Shown here one piece after another: positions 1 to 12,890 of a stretch of DNA of 64,000 bases. Position 1 is the stretch's first letter, and each line of letters begins with the position of its first letter. Below the pieces are notes generated by a model. The model made no database searches, was not told the origin of the DNA, and saw only the letters and a program-made list of their open reading frames with translations. The DNA comes from Octopus vulgaris. Lineage: Eukaryota. The position numbers were made by a program, and so were the translations under genes. Where the stretch lies: the NCBI GenBank assembly GCA_951406725.2, contig OX597828.1, positions 52,576,001 through 52,640,000 on the forward strand. The letters are read 5' to 3'.

Positions 1-61
1 TGCTCCAGCATGGCCGCAGTCAAATGACTGAAACAAGCAAAAGAGTAAAAGAGTAAAGAGT
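1..61 (+). mobile_element. 3' end of tRNA-derived SINE family A (cut by window edge)
   Basis: tgctccagcatggccgcagtcaaatgactgaaacaag plus (aaaagagt)n tail, matching the 3' end of the copy at 45287-45672. Confidence 0.85.
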
Positions 62-680
62 ATATATATATACATATATGTGTGTGTGTATGTATGTTTA
101 TGTGTGTATATATATATATATAAACATACTCGCACTCACACATATATATGTATATATATGTGTGTGTGCGCGTGTGTGTGTGTGTGCATGTGTGTGTGTG
201 TGTGTGCGCGCGCATCTATGTGATATTGGAGAAAGTTGCATATTAATTAGTATGTTACTATAAGAAAGCAATTATTAAACGCTTCGCCGTCTCAGAATTT
301 TTTTCATGAATTCATGTTCCAAGAAATTTCCCGTAATTTCGATACCTCAAGTTCATTGAATATTTGAACTACAAGTTTTTCACAAATTTAAATATTCGTT
401 GCATTCATCGTGGAGTAGATTTTAATGTTTAATAAACAATATTCGTTACTAGCGGAATTTTCCGTTTTCATTTGCAACAGTTTATCACCTCTATTTTCAT
501 TAATGGTAATTTGATATATATTCATTTCAAATAGCTGTATAACTTTGAGACTTATGATAATATCGATTTCCAGAGTTTGTTCAATTTAATATTTTTGATA
601 AAATGAAAATTTCGTAATATACCGATATAATTTCTTTCTTTTTTTTTTTTTGTTATGAAGAGGTTTTTTTGTAGGTCTGC

Positions 681-731
681 TTGTTTTGATGAAGGCTGGA
701 GGGTATATCAGACGAAACGTTGTGTTAACAA
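681..731 (+). ncRNA. Degenerate minimal type I hammerhead ribozyme motif (Penelope-like relic)
   Basis: TTGTT-TTGATGA-A-GGCTG...CAGAC-GAAAC-GTTGT-GTT-AACAA; stem I TTGTT/AACAA; first core C replaced by T. Confidence 0.5.
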
Positions 732-994
732 CAAACAAGATGAGGACAAATATCCGTCAAATGTAAATAATGTAAGTAACCCTAAGATTGTGTCGTATGT
801 ACGGATTATAAATCTCTGTATTGACCTGAATGGGAACTGCTTGTGGATTTAACATTAGCAAAGTTTTAAATTCACCGTAACACTTTTTATGTATTCCCTT
901 GGATTTCAGGTTGATGTAGAGGTTTTTTTCTATCAAACTCAAAAGAAATTCCTGTGACGTCTTGTGTCATGATATACTTACTGACTTTTTTCAC

Positions 995-1271
995 CTGTTT
1001 TTTTTTTTTTGTTCCTTCTCGAACCATGCCTGGCTCATAAGGGCCGGTTTCCCCGGTTTCTTGGCGTATAGGTTCCCCACCTTGACGGGACGCCGGTCCG
1101 TCGCAGGTGAGCTGCAAGATGCAGGAGGAAAGAGTGAGAGAAAGAGTCAGCAGAAGTTTCGCCATTACCTTCTACCGGAGCAGCGTGGAGCTTAGGTGTT
1201 TCGCTCATAAACACACACATCGTCCGGTCTGAGAGTCCGCTGCTCTAACCACTAGGCCATGTGCCTCCACC
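995..1271 (-). mobile_element. tRNA-derived SINE (family C head, distinct body, oligo-A tail) with 11-bp TSD
   Basis: Minus strand starts ggaggcacatggcctagtggttagagcagcggact (A box), continues gagcgaaacacctaagctccacg as in family C, ends in an A tract; ACTTTTTTCAC at 984-994 and 1272-1282. Confidence 0.8.
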
Positions 1272-1991
1272 ACTTTTTTCACTAAAACCAACCGACGCCG
1301 CTGATAGGATTTCCGGAGTTTTTTTCTCTGTTGTAGTCTCCCTCACTGGAGATTAACGTTTTTCTCTGCACTTCCATTTTGCATTTCCGCGCACGTTACT
1401 CTGCACACAAACACCATTGCACCACGTTTCACGCCACTGCACTTGACCGGCACTTACTCAATGCTTGCTGCATTATCAGCCATGAGAAACCACACACATA
1501 CCTCTGCACCTTCTGTTCCACCATATGCACACTTGTCCAACTCGATGGCGCACGGAAACTATTTTTCCATTTATAACCATCGTTATTTTCCTCTTCACAT
1601 TGACGAAGATACTGAAACTTGAAGCAAAAAAAAAACTTCTTTCCTTGCAGCGTAATACACCGACTTACCACTTCATTCGATCTTGTTTTTTGACACAATA
1701 TCCTACACACACACACACATATGGGAGACAGAAAGGCTGAGTCGTAGAAGAATCATGGTGATTATATATACGTGTGGATATAAATGAGAGTATGTAGAAA
1801 GTAGGTGATCAAATAAGTAAATGAGAGATTAATTGAGATAAGAGGGAAATGGTGTGGGTGAAGGCGTGGTAAGAGAGATAGATCGATAAATAGATAAATA
1901 GATAGAGAGATAGAGAGAGGTAGAAAGAGAGAGAGAACAAGTTGCGACAGCGAAAGCAAGAGAAAAAATATATAGGCAGAGCAATGAAAAA

Positions 1992-2035
<44 letters not shown>

Positions 2036-2325
2036 GAGAAAGAAAGAAAGAAAGAAAGAAAAGGGAAACAATTGAATGTAAGAACAAAATGTGGAAATAA
2101 ATAGCAGAAGGTAGCGAGTTCATTTCATTGATAGAAGCTGTGATTTGATTGGTTGTTGATGATTGTGACCCCATAAACGAATCCTTAATGTAAACACGGC
2201 AGGGGGTGGCTTTTGGAGATGGTTGGGATCTGAAAGCACATGGGATATTGTCATAAAAGAGAAGAAAAAAAATTAAAGGAGAGAAAACAAGGTGTTTGGT
2301 GATTCAGAAAACGAAAAAGGAAAAC

Positions 2326-2411
<86 letters not shown>

Positions 2412-2871
2412 ATGCATGCACAGAAGAAATAAGAAAATATAAAAATCGTTTTGAAAAACTGAGAGAAAGGAAGAAGGGGAGGATATTATCGTAGTAAGAT
2501 GACTTTTGTCAAGCAGATTTAATAACATTAATTTTTTTTCCTTCCCCTTTCAATACATTTACGATTTGTTTTTTGAATTTTTACTCCGATTTCTCTCTCA
2601 GTCAAGATTAAGTTAGGTTTCTGTGTTAACAAATTTAATTAAATAACTGCAAATAATTATGAGCTAGCTGTTGGAAGAGAGTATTAGTAAAGGAATAATA
2701 TGACCTCAACGGTCTCTTCCAGCTGGCAGGGAAGACAATTTTTGACAAGTTTCTGTCATATAAAGATTTTCAAATATTTTAGGTTGTCACTACGTTTGCC
2801 AAAGTTGCGATGAGGGAAATGCTATTTACGTTTACCCACGTGTACACACGCGCGGGCGCACGTAATAATGT

Positions 2872-3088
2872 TTTCTACTCTAGGCACAAGGTCCGAAATT
2901 TTGGGGGAGGGGGCTAGTCGGTTAGATCGACTCCAGTGCGCAACTGGTACTTAATTTATCGACCCCGAAAGGATGACAGGCAAAGTCAACACCTCGGCGA
3001 AAATAAACGCAGACCGGTAAAGACAGACGAAATACCTATTTCCTCGGTGGAATTTGAACTCAAAACATTAGCGACAGACGAAATACTG
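2872..3088 (-). mobile_element. SINE family B fragments (tandem, truncated)
   Basis: Reverse complement of gagttcaaattcc..gactttgcc..tcatcctttcggggtcgataaattaagtaccag seen in the other family B clusters. Confidence 0.75.
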
Positions 3089-3169
3089 CACATACATTTA
3101 TACATACAGATACACACACACATATATATATATACATGTGTGTGTGTGTGTGCGTGTAATTACAACCGG

Positions 3170-3309
3170 CTACCAAATACATTCTCAAGGCTTTGGTCGG
3201 CCCGAGGCTATAGTAGAAGACACTTGCCCAAGGCGTCACTCAGTGGAACTGAACCCGGAACCATGTGGTTGGTAAGCAAGATACTTACCACACAGCCACT
3301 CCTGCGCCT
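3170..3309 (-). mobile_element. SINE family A, 5' part
   Basis: Reverse complement of ggcgcaggagtggctgtgtggtaag...ggttccgggttcagt (pol III A/B boxes)...cttgggcaagtgtctt. Confidence 0.85.
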
Positions 3310-3316
3310 ATGAATA

Positions 3317-3495
<179 letters not shown>

Positions 3496-3498
3496 CAC

Positions 3499-3539
3499 AG
3501 CAATAATAATTCTCTAAATGAGATATAGACCTATGAATA

Positions 3540-3578
<39 letters not shown>

Positions 3579-3943
3579 TATATATATATAAATATATATA
3601 TATATAATATATATATATAATAAATATAAAAAAAAAAATATATAATATATAATACATATATATATATATAATAAATATAAAATAAAATAATATTCTCTAA
3701 ATGAGATATAGACAGTGACTGCTCCGTAATATAAGGGATATTAGCCAACTGAATCTGGCTAGGGACAGGGCAGGGTGGTGGGGGGTGTCACTGTTGCATT
3801 TAGCCCCAGGCGAACATCAACGTCACCAGATAGGCCTGACGCCATCACGGCGTCCTTTATCTTGCAAAGGGAGATCACTCACCAAGAAGCCGATACCACA
3901 CACGGACCTAGGTTTCAAGGTGTGTTGCCTATTATCAACGTGT

Positions 3944-3945
<2 letters not shown>
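3499..3945. repeat. Interspersed repeat embedded in (TA)n, with reiterated terminus; same family as 33558-33825
   Basis: ttctctaaatgagatatagac occurs at ~3510 and ~3693; tagccaactgaatctggctag...tagccccagg is similar to 33700-33760. Confidence 0.6.
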
Positions 3946-4017
<72 letters not shown>

Positions 4018-4032
4018 GAGAGACAGATAGAG

Positions 4033-4134
<102 letters not shown>

Positions 4135-4762
4135 GCATGAATTTATGTATATATGCGTTTACAAGTATGCTGTGCAGTGGACAGCGAATGCTGCTTGTTG
4201 GAGATGTGTGGTGTCGAGTATTTGTGGCCAGACGCTCAGTTTTCTGGTTTCTACTTGGTAGCGAACTTAGAAAGTCCGGTACAGCTGTGATTCTTGAAAT
4301 GGAGATGGAAGCAAGAAATATTACATTATTGGTGTAAGAAATGTTCGGTAGAAACACCGTGGCTCTTTCCATGTACAAAGTCTTTGACCAGCAGAAATGG
4401 ATATAACTTTCTCTATGGTTGAGGATTATGTAACCGCTTCCCACCAGCTTGTTGTTGTGAGAGTACGTTAAGGCTACGTGGAGCTCAGTGTTAGTAGACA
4501 TCCTACACTCTTGATGTAAGTAAATATGTTATAGCTAGAGTCTCTCTTGAATGATCAATATAGCTCGGCTTCATTGGAAGGATAAGCCAAATATTATTGT
4601 GGTAGACAGGCCAGAAGTGAAGGAGGGAAATACAAGCTCTATGCATATTAATGAATCTAGCGCAAATGTAAGGCGTGAAACGGTTAATAACGAGAATTGA
4701 TTTCAGTACTTGACTGGTACTTTATTTTATCTACGTTGGAAAGAAGAAATGCAATGTAGGTC

Positions 4763-5330
4763 CACCACCATCACCCCTACAATCACCAAAATCGCGGCCG
4801 CCGCAATCACCATCACCACCACTACCACAATCACATAGCAGCCGCCACCGCCACAACCAACAACGAAAACATCAAACCCAGTACCGGCACCACCACCGCC
4901 ACCACCACCACCACTACCACCACCACCACCACCACCACTACCATCACCACAATCACCACTATAGCCGCCGCCGCCACTAACAACAACAAAAACATCAAAA
5001 CCAATACCGTCACTATCACTGTCCAACATCACCACCGCTACCATCACAATTATATCTCCCACCGTCACCACCACCACCACAGCCACCTCCTCCACGATCA
5101 TCACCACCATGACCCGCACCAATACCCCCAGCATCATCACCACTAGTACCACCATCGCCACCACTATCATCGTCCCTATCTCGCCACAACTATCGCAATC
5201 TCCATCACCACCGCGATAACCACCAACACAACCACTGTCGCTACCACCACCACCACCACCACCACTACCACCATTACATCATCACCGTCACTACCACCAC
5301 ACTACCAGCACAATCAGTGACAGCATCACC
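4763..5330. repeat. Degenerate (CAC/CAT)n low-complexity tract
   Basis: Direct reading; explains the Gly/Val-rich minus-strand ORFs. Confidence 0.9.
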
Positions 5331-5332
5331 AG

Positions 5333-5600
5333 CAGACTCGCGGTCGGAGGATCGCGGTTTCGATTCCCAGACCGGGCGTTGTGTGTGTTTAATGAGCGAA
5401 AACACCTAAAAGCTCCACGAGGCTCCGGCAGGTGGTGCTCTTTCGCTCCAACTTTCTCTGACTCTTTCTTCCTCTTTCTTGTCCCCGACTTCCTACGCAA
5501 CTGCTGAGCCTGAATGCGCATTCATCCATCCATCGATGCTCCCGGTATCGGGGGTTGACCTGCTTTCTCTTCTGCGGGTCTTGCGAATAGCAAAGGACCA
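5333..5600 (+). mobile_element. SINE family C head (5'-truncated) with a different body
   Basis: gactcgcggtcggaggatcgcggtttcgattcccagaccgggcgttgtg...gagcgaaaacacctaaaagctccacgaggctccggcagg matches 26258-26355; downstream sequence diverges. Confidence 0.75.
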
Positions 5601-6084
5601 CGTTTCGGACTTCTCTCAACAAACAAACAGCATCATCAAGGTAGGGTATAATCTGATGAATATTTTCCTGTTATTTCCAGCAGGCTAAACGGCTACGTAG
5701 AGGAGCAGTGACTATTACTACTACTATTAATATCGGTTATTAATGGCAGCCATTACCGGTGTCTCGAAAGAGGAAACTCTGCGATGGATTTCCTTATTTA
5801 CTTCACTAATTATTCCCCTCTTCATCTCAACAGAAGCTTTTAAAGATCGATAGAAAGAGCAGGGCGTTACCGTTTGGTTTCGTATCTTTTTTTTACACCT
5901 TTAATAGAATGGCGTAGTTGCACGTTTAATTAGACTGATTAATTAACGCTAAAAGCAACGATGGCAGGCGTCAGCAATGACATACATATCAACATGCACC
6001 GATATCTATATACGTGTATATTGACTCATACACACATGCATATATATATATAAACACATACATACATACATACATATACATACA

Positions 6085-6370
6085 TACATACATACATATA
6101 TATTTACGTTTCTGTTCTGTGCTTATGTATGTCTGTCTACATATATATATATGTATATATATGTATATATATATGTATACATATATAAATGTATGTATAC
6201 GTATATATATATTTATATACATATATATATATATATATATGTACATATATATATACATATATATACATATATAAATGTATATATATGTATATATATATGT
6301 ACACATATATATATAGACAGACATACATAAGCACAGAACAGAAACGTAAATATATATGTATGTATGTATG
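6085..6370. repeat. Fold-back inverted duplication around a TA-rich spacer
   Basis: tatttacgtttctgttctgtgcttatgtatgtctgtcta (6101-6139) is the exact reverse complement of 6314-6352. Confidence 0.9.
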
Positions 6371-6875
6371 CATGTATGCTTAAACATGGATATACGCATG
6401 TACAATGAGACATAAACACATATATTTATATATATGCACAGACAACTACGGTAACAATAGAATCTGTCACACACATTTATGCATACACACACACACACAT
6501 ATATTTATACACGCACACAGCAAAAACAACAACAACAAAAACTTTTTATTTTTATTTCTTGCATATCTCCCTGTTTTTCATTGTATACATATGTATGCAT
6601 ATACGTCTATAACATATACATACATGTATACACACATATACAGATTTCTAGACAGTTTCCATTGACGAAATTTACTCACTCAAGCATTTGTCGACCCGAC
6701 CCAAAGCTATAGTAGAAAATACTCCCTCGCGTTGCCGCGCAGTGGTTTGAACCCGGAAACACGAATCAGAAAAGTGAATTATTTTACCTGATATAATGTC
6801 TACAATTTTCTAAGCAACTTTTCTTATACGTACTCGGAATAACATAACGCACAAACATTAGACATTCTAAAATAT

Positions 6876-7260
6876 TCTTTTACTTCTTTCGGTCATTTGA
6901 CTGCGGCCATGCTGGAGCACCGCTTTTAGTCGAGCAAATCGACCCCGGGACTTCTTCTTTGTTTACCCCAGTACTTATTCTATCGGTCTCTTTTGCCGAA
7001 CCGCTAAGTGACGGGGACGTAAACACACCAGCATCGGTTGTCAAGCAATGCTAGGGGGACAAACACAGACACACAAGCATATACACACACACACACATAT
7101 ATATACATATATACGACAGGCTTCTTTCAGTTTCCGTCTACTAAATCCACTCACAAGGCATTGGTCGGCCCGGGGCTATAGCAGAAGACACTTGCCCAAG
7201 ATGCCACGCAGTGGGACTGAACCCGGAACCATGTGGTTGGTAAGCAAGCTACTTACCACA
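6876..7260 (-). mobile_element. SINE family A, near full length
   Basis: Colinear with 16869-17285 and 60671-61079; internal (CA)/(TA) microsatellite. Confidence 0.9.
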
Positions 7261-7267
7261 CGACCTA

Positions 7268-7495
7268 ATATTTCACGTTGCTCCAATTCACTCAGCTAGC
7301 AAAAATGAGTAGTAACTGTATTTCAAAGGGCCATCCTTTTCACACACTATGTCTAGCTGAATTTCCTCTGAGAACTTCGTTAAGGGTACAAGGTGTCTGT
7401 AGAGTGCTCAGTCACTTCCACGTTAATTTCTCGAGTAAGCTGTTCCGTTGATCGGATAAACAGTAGCTCTCTTCGTCGTAACCGACGGAGTGCCA
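7268..7495 (+). mobile_element. SINE fragment: family D central domain plus family C 3' tail
   Basis: tatttcacgttgctccaattcactcagct as at ~28004; gagaacttcgttaagggtac...cgtcgtaaccgacggagtgc as at 26480-26603. Confidence 0.75.
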
Positions 7496-7965
7496 ATGCG
7501 ATACTGGATCACCGTTAATACAGGGCAAAACTACTATCTAATGTGACACCCGTGTGACACCCGTGTGACATCCGTGTAACATCCGAGTGTTGACAATCTA
7601 AAACTCACCAACGCTCCTCACTGCTTATTTCTACACTTACCAAATATACAACTCTGTGATAACAGTTTCACAACTGTCCCCGTTACCGCCATACCTCACT
7701 CCTCGGACACCGTTATCTATATATGTATAGGGACGAAGCTGGCTGAACAAATTAGATTCATACCCGTATGACACCCGACTAACACACGCCTGTTAACATG
7801 GGCAACGTCCCACTGGCGCCTGCCTTAATACAACGCTTATCAACCAGATATCGTCAAGGTAAACAAGAAGAAAAGATTCGCAGCGATCACTCGGACTATG
7901 GCACTGATCAACTTCAGCTCTCGGATGCTAGTATGCAAATATTCACGCGCGCACACACACGCGCG

Positions 7966-8018
<53 letters not shown>

Positions 8019-8226
8019 GCGCGCACACACACACACACTCACTACATGCACAAATTTATTATACGTATATATGTATATCTAATAAGGATTATTATGAAGT
8101 AGCATAGCATTACATATATATATATATATATATATATATAACCCATCTTTCTATATCAACAAGACCGCACTTGCCAAAACACACAAACACAAACACACAC
8201 ACACACACACACATAAATGTGTATGT

Positions 8227-8292
<66 letters not shown>

Positions 8293-8986
8293 ATACATAA
8301 CAACTTATATGAGTATATATAAACATGCATATATACATGTAGGTATATGTATGTGAGTATGAGTATGTGTATGTTTGTTTGTGTGTATAAGTGTGAATGG
8401 AAAAGAAGGTCTAGATATGTTAATCAACTGCATTTTGCATTTAATTTATCTCGCATATCACTGTGTATATAAACGTACACATTCGATATGAAGAAGCCGA
8501 CACGTATTGAGACGTGCTACAAGAGACAGTAGCCAAATGAACCTCAATTCACTGATCTGTAACAGATGAAGACAAGGAGTAATGTGGTGGTAAGAATGAG
8601 ATGAAACAGCTACAGATAGATTGCTTTTAATGAAACATCTATATTATCAAGAACCTCCTGCGGTTAAACAAGAACACAATCTGACTGTATATAGGTTAGG
8701 AAGAGGTTGTAAATTAATGCTTTTTCTCTCGTGGGCCGCAAGGAAGATTTACATCGAAGGATTTTAGGTCTTTTTGAGAGTTTCTCTGTGTAAAAATATT
8801 GCAGTTAGTGTTAATTTACATTTATATATACATTATACCATATGCACGTTATTCTAATCTGTTTCAAGGGTTCAAATTAATATAATTCTAGCTAGGTCCG
8901 CGTTCACAGAAATCAGTGGATATTGTTTACTGATTTCTATATGGAAAGGAATATTTTCCAGTTTAGCTCAAAATCTTAGATGATAT

Positions 8987-9036
8987 TCGTCATTGAAGAG
9001 ACCGAAACAGTCCGAAACTTTGTGTGTGCTGGACGA
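8987..9036 (+). ncRNA. Degenerate hammerhead-like motif
   Basis: TCGTC-A-TTGAAGA-GAC..GTC-C-GAAAC...GACGA; core and cleavage site imperfect. Confidence 0.3.
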
Positions 9037-9256
9037 CAGAAACCCTGTAATCTTTGGGATGCACGTCTCTTTGAGTAGTTTCTCTGAGACAATATATTAC
9101 AGCTAGCAGTGCTTTACACTTGTACACAATTCACAAAAGTGTGTGTACACATCATTATAATTCAAGAAAATCAATGCCAAAACTGGAATACTTGAAAACT
9201 GTATCATTAGTGACTCGGTGAATGCAACTGAAATAATGATATATAATATCACCGTA

Positions 9257-10102
9257 TCATCATCATCATCATCATCATCATCATTTAACGTCCACTTTCC
9301 ATGCTAGCATGGGTTGGACGGTTCAACTGGGGTCTGGGGAGCCCGAAGGCTGCACCAGGCCAGTCAGATCTGGCAGTGTTTCTACAGCTGGATGCCCTTC
9401 CTAACGCCAACCACTCCGAGAGTGTAGTGGGTGATTTTATGTGCCACCGACACAGGTGCCAGACGAGGCTGGCGAACGGCCACGCTCGAATGGTGTTTGT
9501 TATGTGCCACCGACACAGGTGCCAGACGAGGCTGGCAGACGGCCACGCTCGGATGGTGTTTTTATGTGCCATCGACACAGGTGCCATATGAGGCTGGCGA
9601 ACGGCCACGAACGGATGGTGTTTGTAATGTGCCCACAGCACGGAGGCCAGTCGCTGTGGTACTGGCTACGGCCACGTTCGGATGGTTTTCTTGTGTGCCA
9701 CCGGCACTGGTACCACAAAGATACAAATTCCATTGATGTTCATCTATTTTGATTTGTTTTGATTTGATTTTCTCTTGCCTCAACAGGTCTTCACAAGTGT
9801 CACAAGAAGGAAGGTATGCACAGGTGGACTGACTACGTCCCAGGTAGGGGCCACGGGTTATGGCCTGACTAGTCTTGCCGGGTCTTCGGATGGTGGTTTT
9901 ATGTGCCACCGACACAGGTGCCAGATGAGGCTGGCGAACGGCCACGATCGGATGGTGTTTGTTATGTGCCCACAGCACGGAGGCCAGTCGATGCGGTACT
10001 GGCTACGGCCACGTTCGGATGGTTTTCTTGTGTGCCACCGGCACTGGTACCACAAAGATACAAATTCCATTGATGTTCATCTATTTTGATTTGTTTTGAT
10101 TT
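9257..10102 (-). mobile_element. GC-rich retroposon (SINE-like, (ATG)n tail) with internal ~63-bp tandem units and a 337-bp-offset duplication
   Basis: (CAT)n tract at the left end; minus-strand motif ggttggcgttaggaagggcatccagctgtagaaa; unit starts (atgtgcc) at 9439, 9502, 9564, 9627; 9564-9765 repeated at 9901-10102. Confidence 0.7.
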
Positions 10103-10561
10103 ACTACATGTATATTCACGGGTGAAGGGCATGATGGTATGGTTATTGTCTCAGAGAAAATCTCTTCATAGCCTTATTTTTTTAACACGATAGCAGCGAA
10201 TATATTTTTATTCTGTTTTCTATATACCGAAACACGAAGTTCGTTTAAGAAAGTGACAAGAGAATGCACGGCATTCGCACGCGCCAAGTAGGTTGAAATG
10301 TGTCTGTCGTCCTCAGGAGTCGATGCTGCAACGATGGTCTCCTCGCTCCAATATGTGTCGTGTTTTTAACACAACATATCAATGAAGAGATCTTATCTCA
10401 GCCAACAGCAATAGCAGCACATCTCTCGGCGGTGTAAATACCATTAGTACGATACGCAAATTACCATCTTACTAAACAAATTTTATCAAATGCTATTCCA
10501 GCAAATAATACATGGTAAACAATAGTTTTCGATACTCTAACATTAAAAAATTCAAATATAT

Positions 10562-10941
10562 GGGCGCACGCGTGGGTGTGAGGTAACAAGTTTGCCTCCC
10601 AATCACACGGTTCCGGGTTCAGTCCTATTGCGTGACGCCTTGGGTAAGTGTCTTTTGCAATAGCCTCGGTCCGACAAAGCCTTGTGAGTGGATTTTTAGT
10701 AGACGGAAACTGAAAAACTGAAAGAAATCCGTCCTGGGTTCGATTCTTGTTAGCTCATCATTTTTCGGTCATTTGTTTATATTTAAAAATTATCGCTTTA
10801 AAATCGGAGATTAAATATCATTATGATATATATGATATACAGTTATTGTACAGTTATTATACTATGAGCCTTCCATAGTAGCTTTCTCTCCGTAACTCGC
10901 AAAGCCTTTCGGGTTTGTTTATAAAAATATCATTTATGTAG

Positions 10942-11028
<87 letters not shown>

Positions 11029-11230
11029 AGGAGGTGTGTGTTTTTATCCCCGCTCACCGGCTGACAACCAGTACAGGTGTATTTACGGCGATGTACAACC
11101 AGCGGTTCAGCAAATCACACCGATAGAATAAGTACCAGGATTAAAACTATTGGGATCGACTCTTTCGACTAAAATTCTTCAACTCGGTTCCCAAGCTTTG
11201 CCGCAGTCTGATGATTGAAACAAGTAACAT
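10562..11230 (+). mobile_element. Diverged SINE family A copy interrupted by another repeat (10732-~10950)
   Basis: Head gggcgcacgcgtgggtgtgaggtaa...ggttccgggttcagtcc at 10562-10731; 3' part (gatagaataagtacc...ccgcagtctgatgattgaaacaagta) at 11030-11230. Confidence 0.7.
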
Positions 11231-12348
11231 ATAACAAAAAGGAAAGTAAACGATATAGGTTCTGTAAATTTCAATACAAACAAAACATGCAATTTTGAAG
11301 GCCAGCAGTACTTTTTACTTGCTCTGCACTGCACATCCACATCAACAAAATATTGGCAAAAATATAATAAATAACTGAAGAAATTGAGAACCACTTTGTA
11401 TAATGACTCGATGTGTATATGTACGTAGGCTTGTGTATTAGTGCGTGTTGCTTCTTTTAAATTTAGCTTTTTAAAAATCAATCTGAATGATCCTCTTTGT
11501 TAAACGATTTACGACGTAGGTCTATCGAACACTAGCACTTTCACATATGAAACCGCAACACCATTCTTATTTAGAATACCAATTAAGCCTTGTACCCAGC
11601 CAACAATTGATCAAAGCTGATGGAGTTGTCTGGCACTGAATAAATAAGAAAGCTGTTTATTCGTATTGTGTAATGTTGTATTAACAATAGCTAACACAAT
11701 TAACTATTGATATTCCACTTAGCACTACCGACCTCCAGCTGTTTTTATTTGGCGGTCCATCCACTCAAAGACAATAATAGGATTAGCATAAAAATAGCAG
11801 GATCAACCATTTCACTTTTCTTTTTCTTTTTTTTTAATATAACACAGTAAAATTGATATTGTGTGTTGTAATGTAGTTGTAATTTAGATGTAAATTTTCA
11901 TGTAGCTTCTAATTTCAAATCTTAGCGAACTCAAATTTTCTTTTTTTTTTTTTTATCATTGTGGGGTTCGATAAAGAAAGTACTAGCCGAAGTACTTAGA
12001 ACGATATGATCGGTTGTAAGCGCATGCAAAATTGCAAAGTTTGGGTCATGAGCCAAAAATAGAAATCAATAATATGAAATTGAATTATATATATCGTGGG
12101 ATGTATATATACATATATAAATACATACGCACTTGTATATACAGAAGTCTTTCATTTAAGTATATATGGGTATGTCTAGATATGCAAATATATGCATGAA
12201 AAGACATACAAAAACAAAACATACAAATCTGCAATATACACATACACTGTTGTTGGTGTTGAAATTCCAATGAAGGAGCCTTCTTGGATCTAGGTTAGAA
12301 ACCAGCTCTTTCTCTATTGGCAAGTAAACTTGAAATAAAACTGAATAA

Positions 12349-12398
<50 letters not shown>

Positions 12399-12544
12399 CA
12401 AGGTATATACATACATACACACATACATATACAAACGGACTTAAATACATATATATGTATGTATGTATGTATGTATATGTATGCATGTATGTATGTATAT
12501 ATGTATGTATGCATATGTATATCTGGTTAAAAAGTATTATATTA

Positions 12545-12890
12545 TGGTCAGAGTTTAAATGTTGCCGTAGCCCTTAGCTTTTCCTCCCTTCTAGGTCATT
12601 AAAATAGAGTACCAGTGGAATACAGGAGCAGAGTGTAACGACTTGTATTCCCGCCCCACAGAAAAATTGCTGCCTTCTTGGCTAAATTAATAACAATGAA
12701 GATAGCGAACTATTAAAATCATTATGAATTCCAGGTCTTTACATTCTCAGTTCAAATTCAAATGCAGTCAAGTTTGACTTCTATCCTTTCTAGATAGATG
12801 AAATAAAATTCCAGTCAAGTGCCCGGTCTTTATAATCGAATTGCCCCTCGTTTGATAATTGCTGGCCTTGTGTTAACATTAGAAATAATT
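12545..12890 (+). mobile_element. Two degraded tandem SINE family B copies
   Basis: gagtttaaat...aaaatagagtaccagt...aaaattgctgcctt and ttacattctcagttcaaatt...ctatcctttc...gctggccttgtg. Confidence 0.55.

Noticed and set aside
4727-5170. Glycine-rich secreted protein ORF
   Set aside because: Reverse reading of a degenerate (CAC)n tract
9439-9720. CRISPR-like or protein-repeat reading of the ~63-bp units
   Set aside because: Whole units are homologous with no unique spacers; unit lengths vary out of frame
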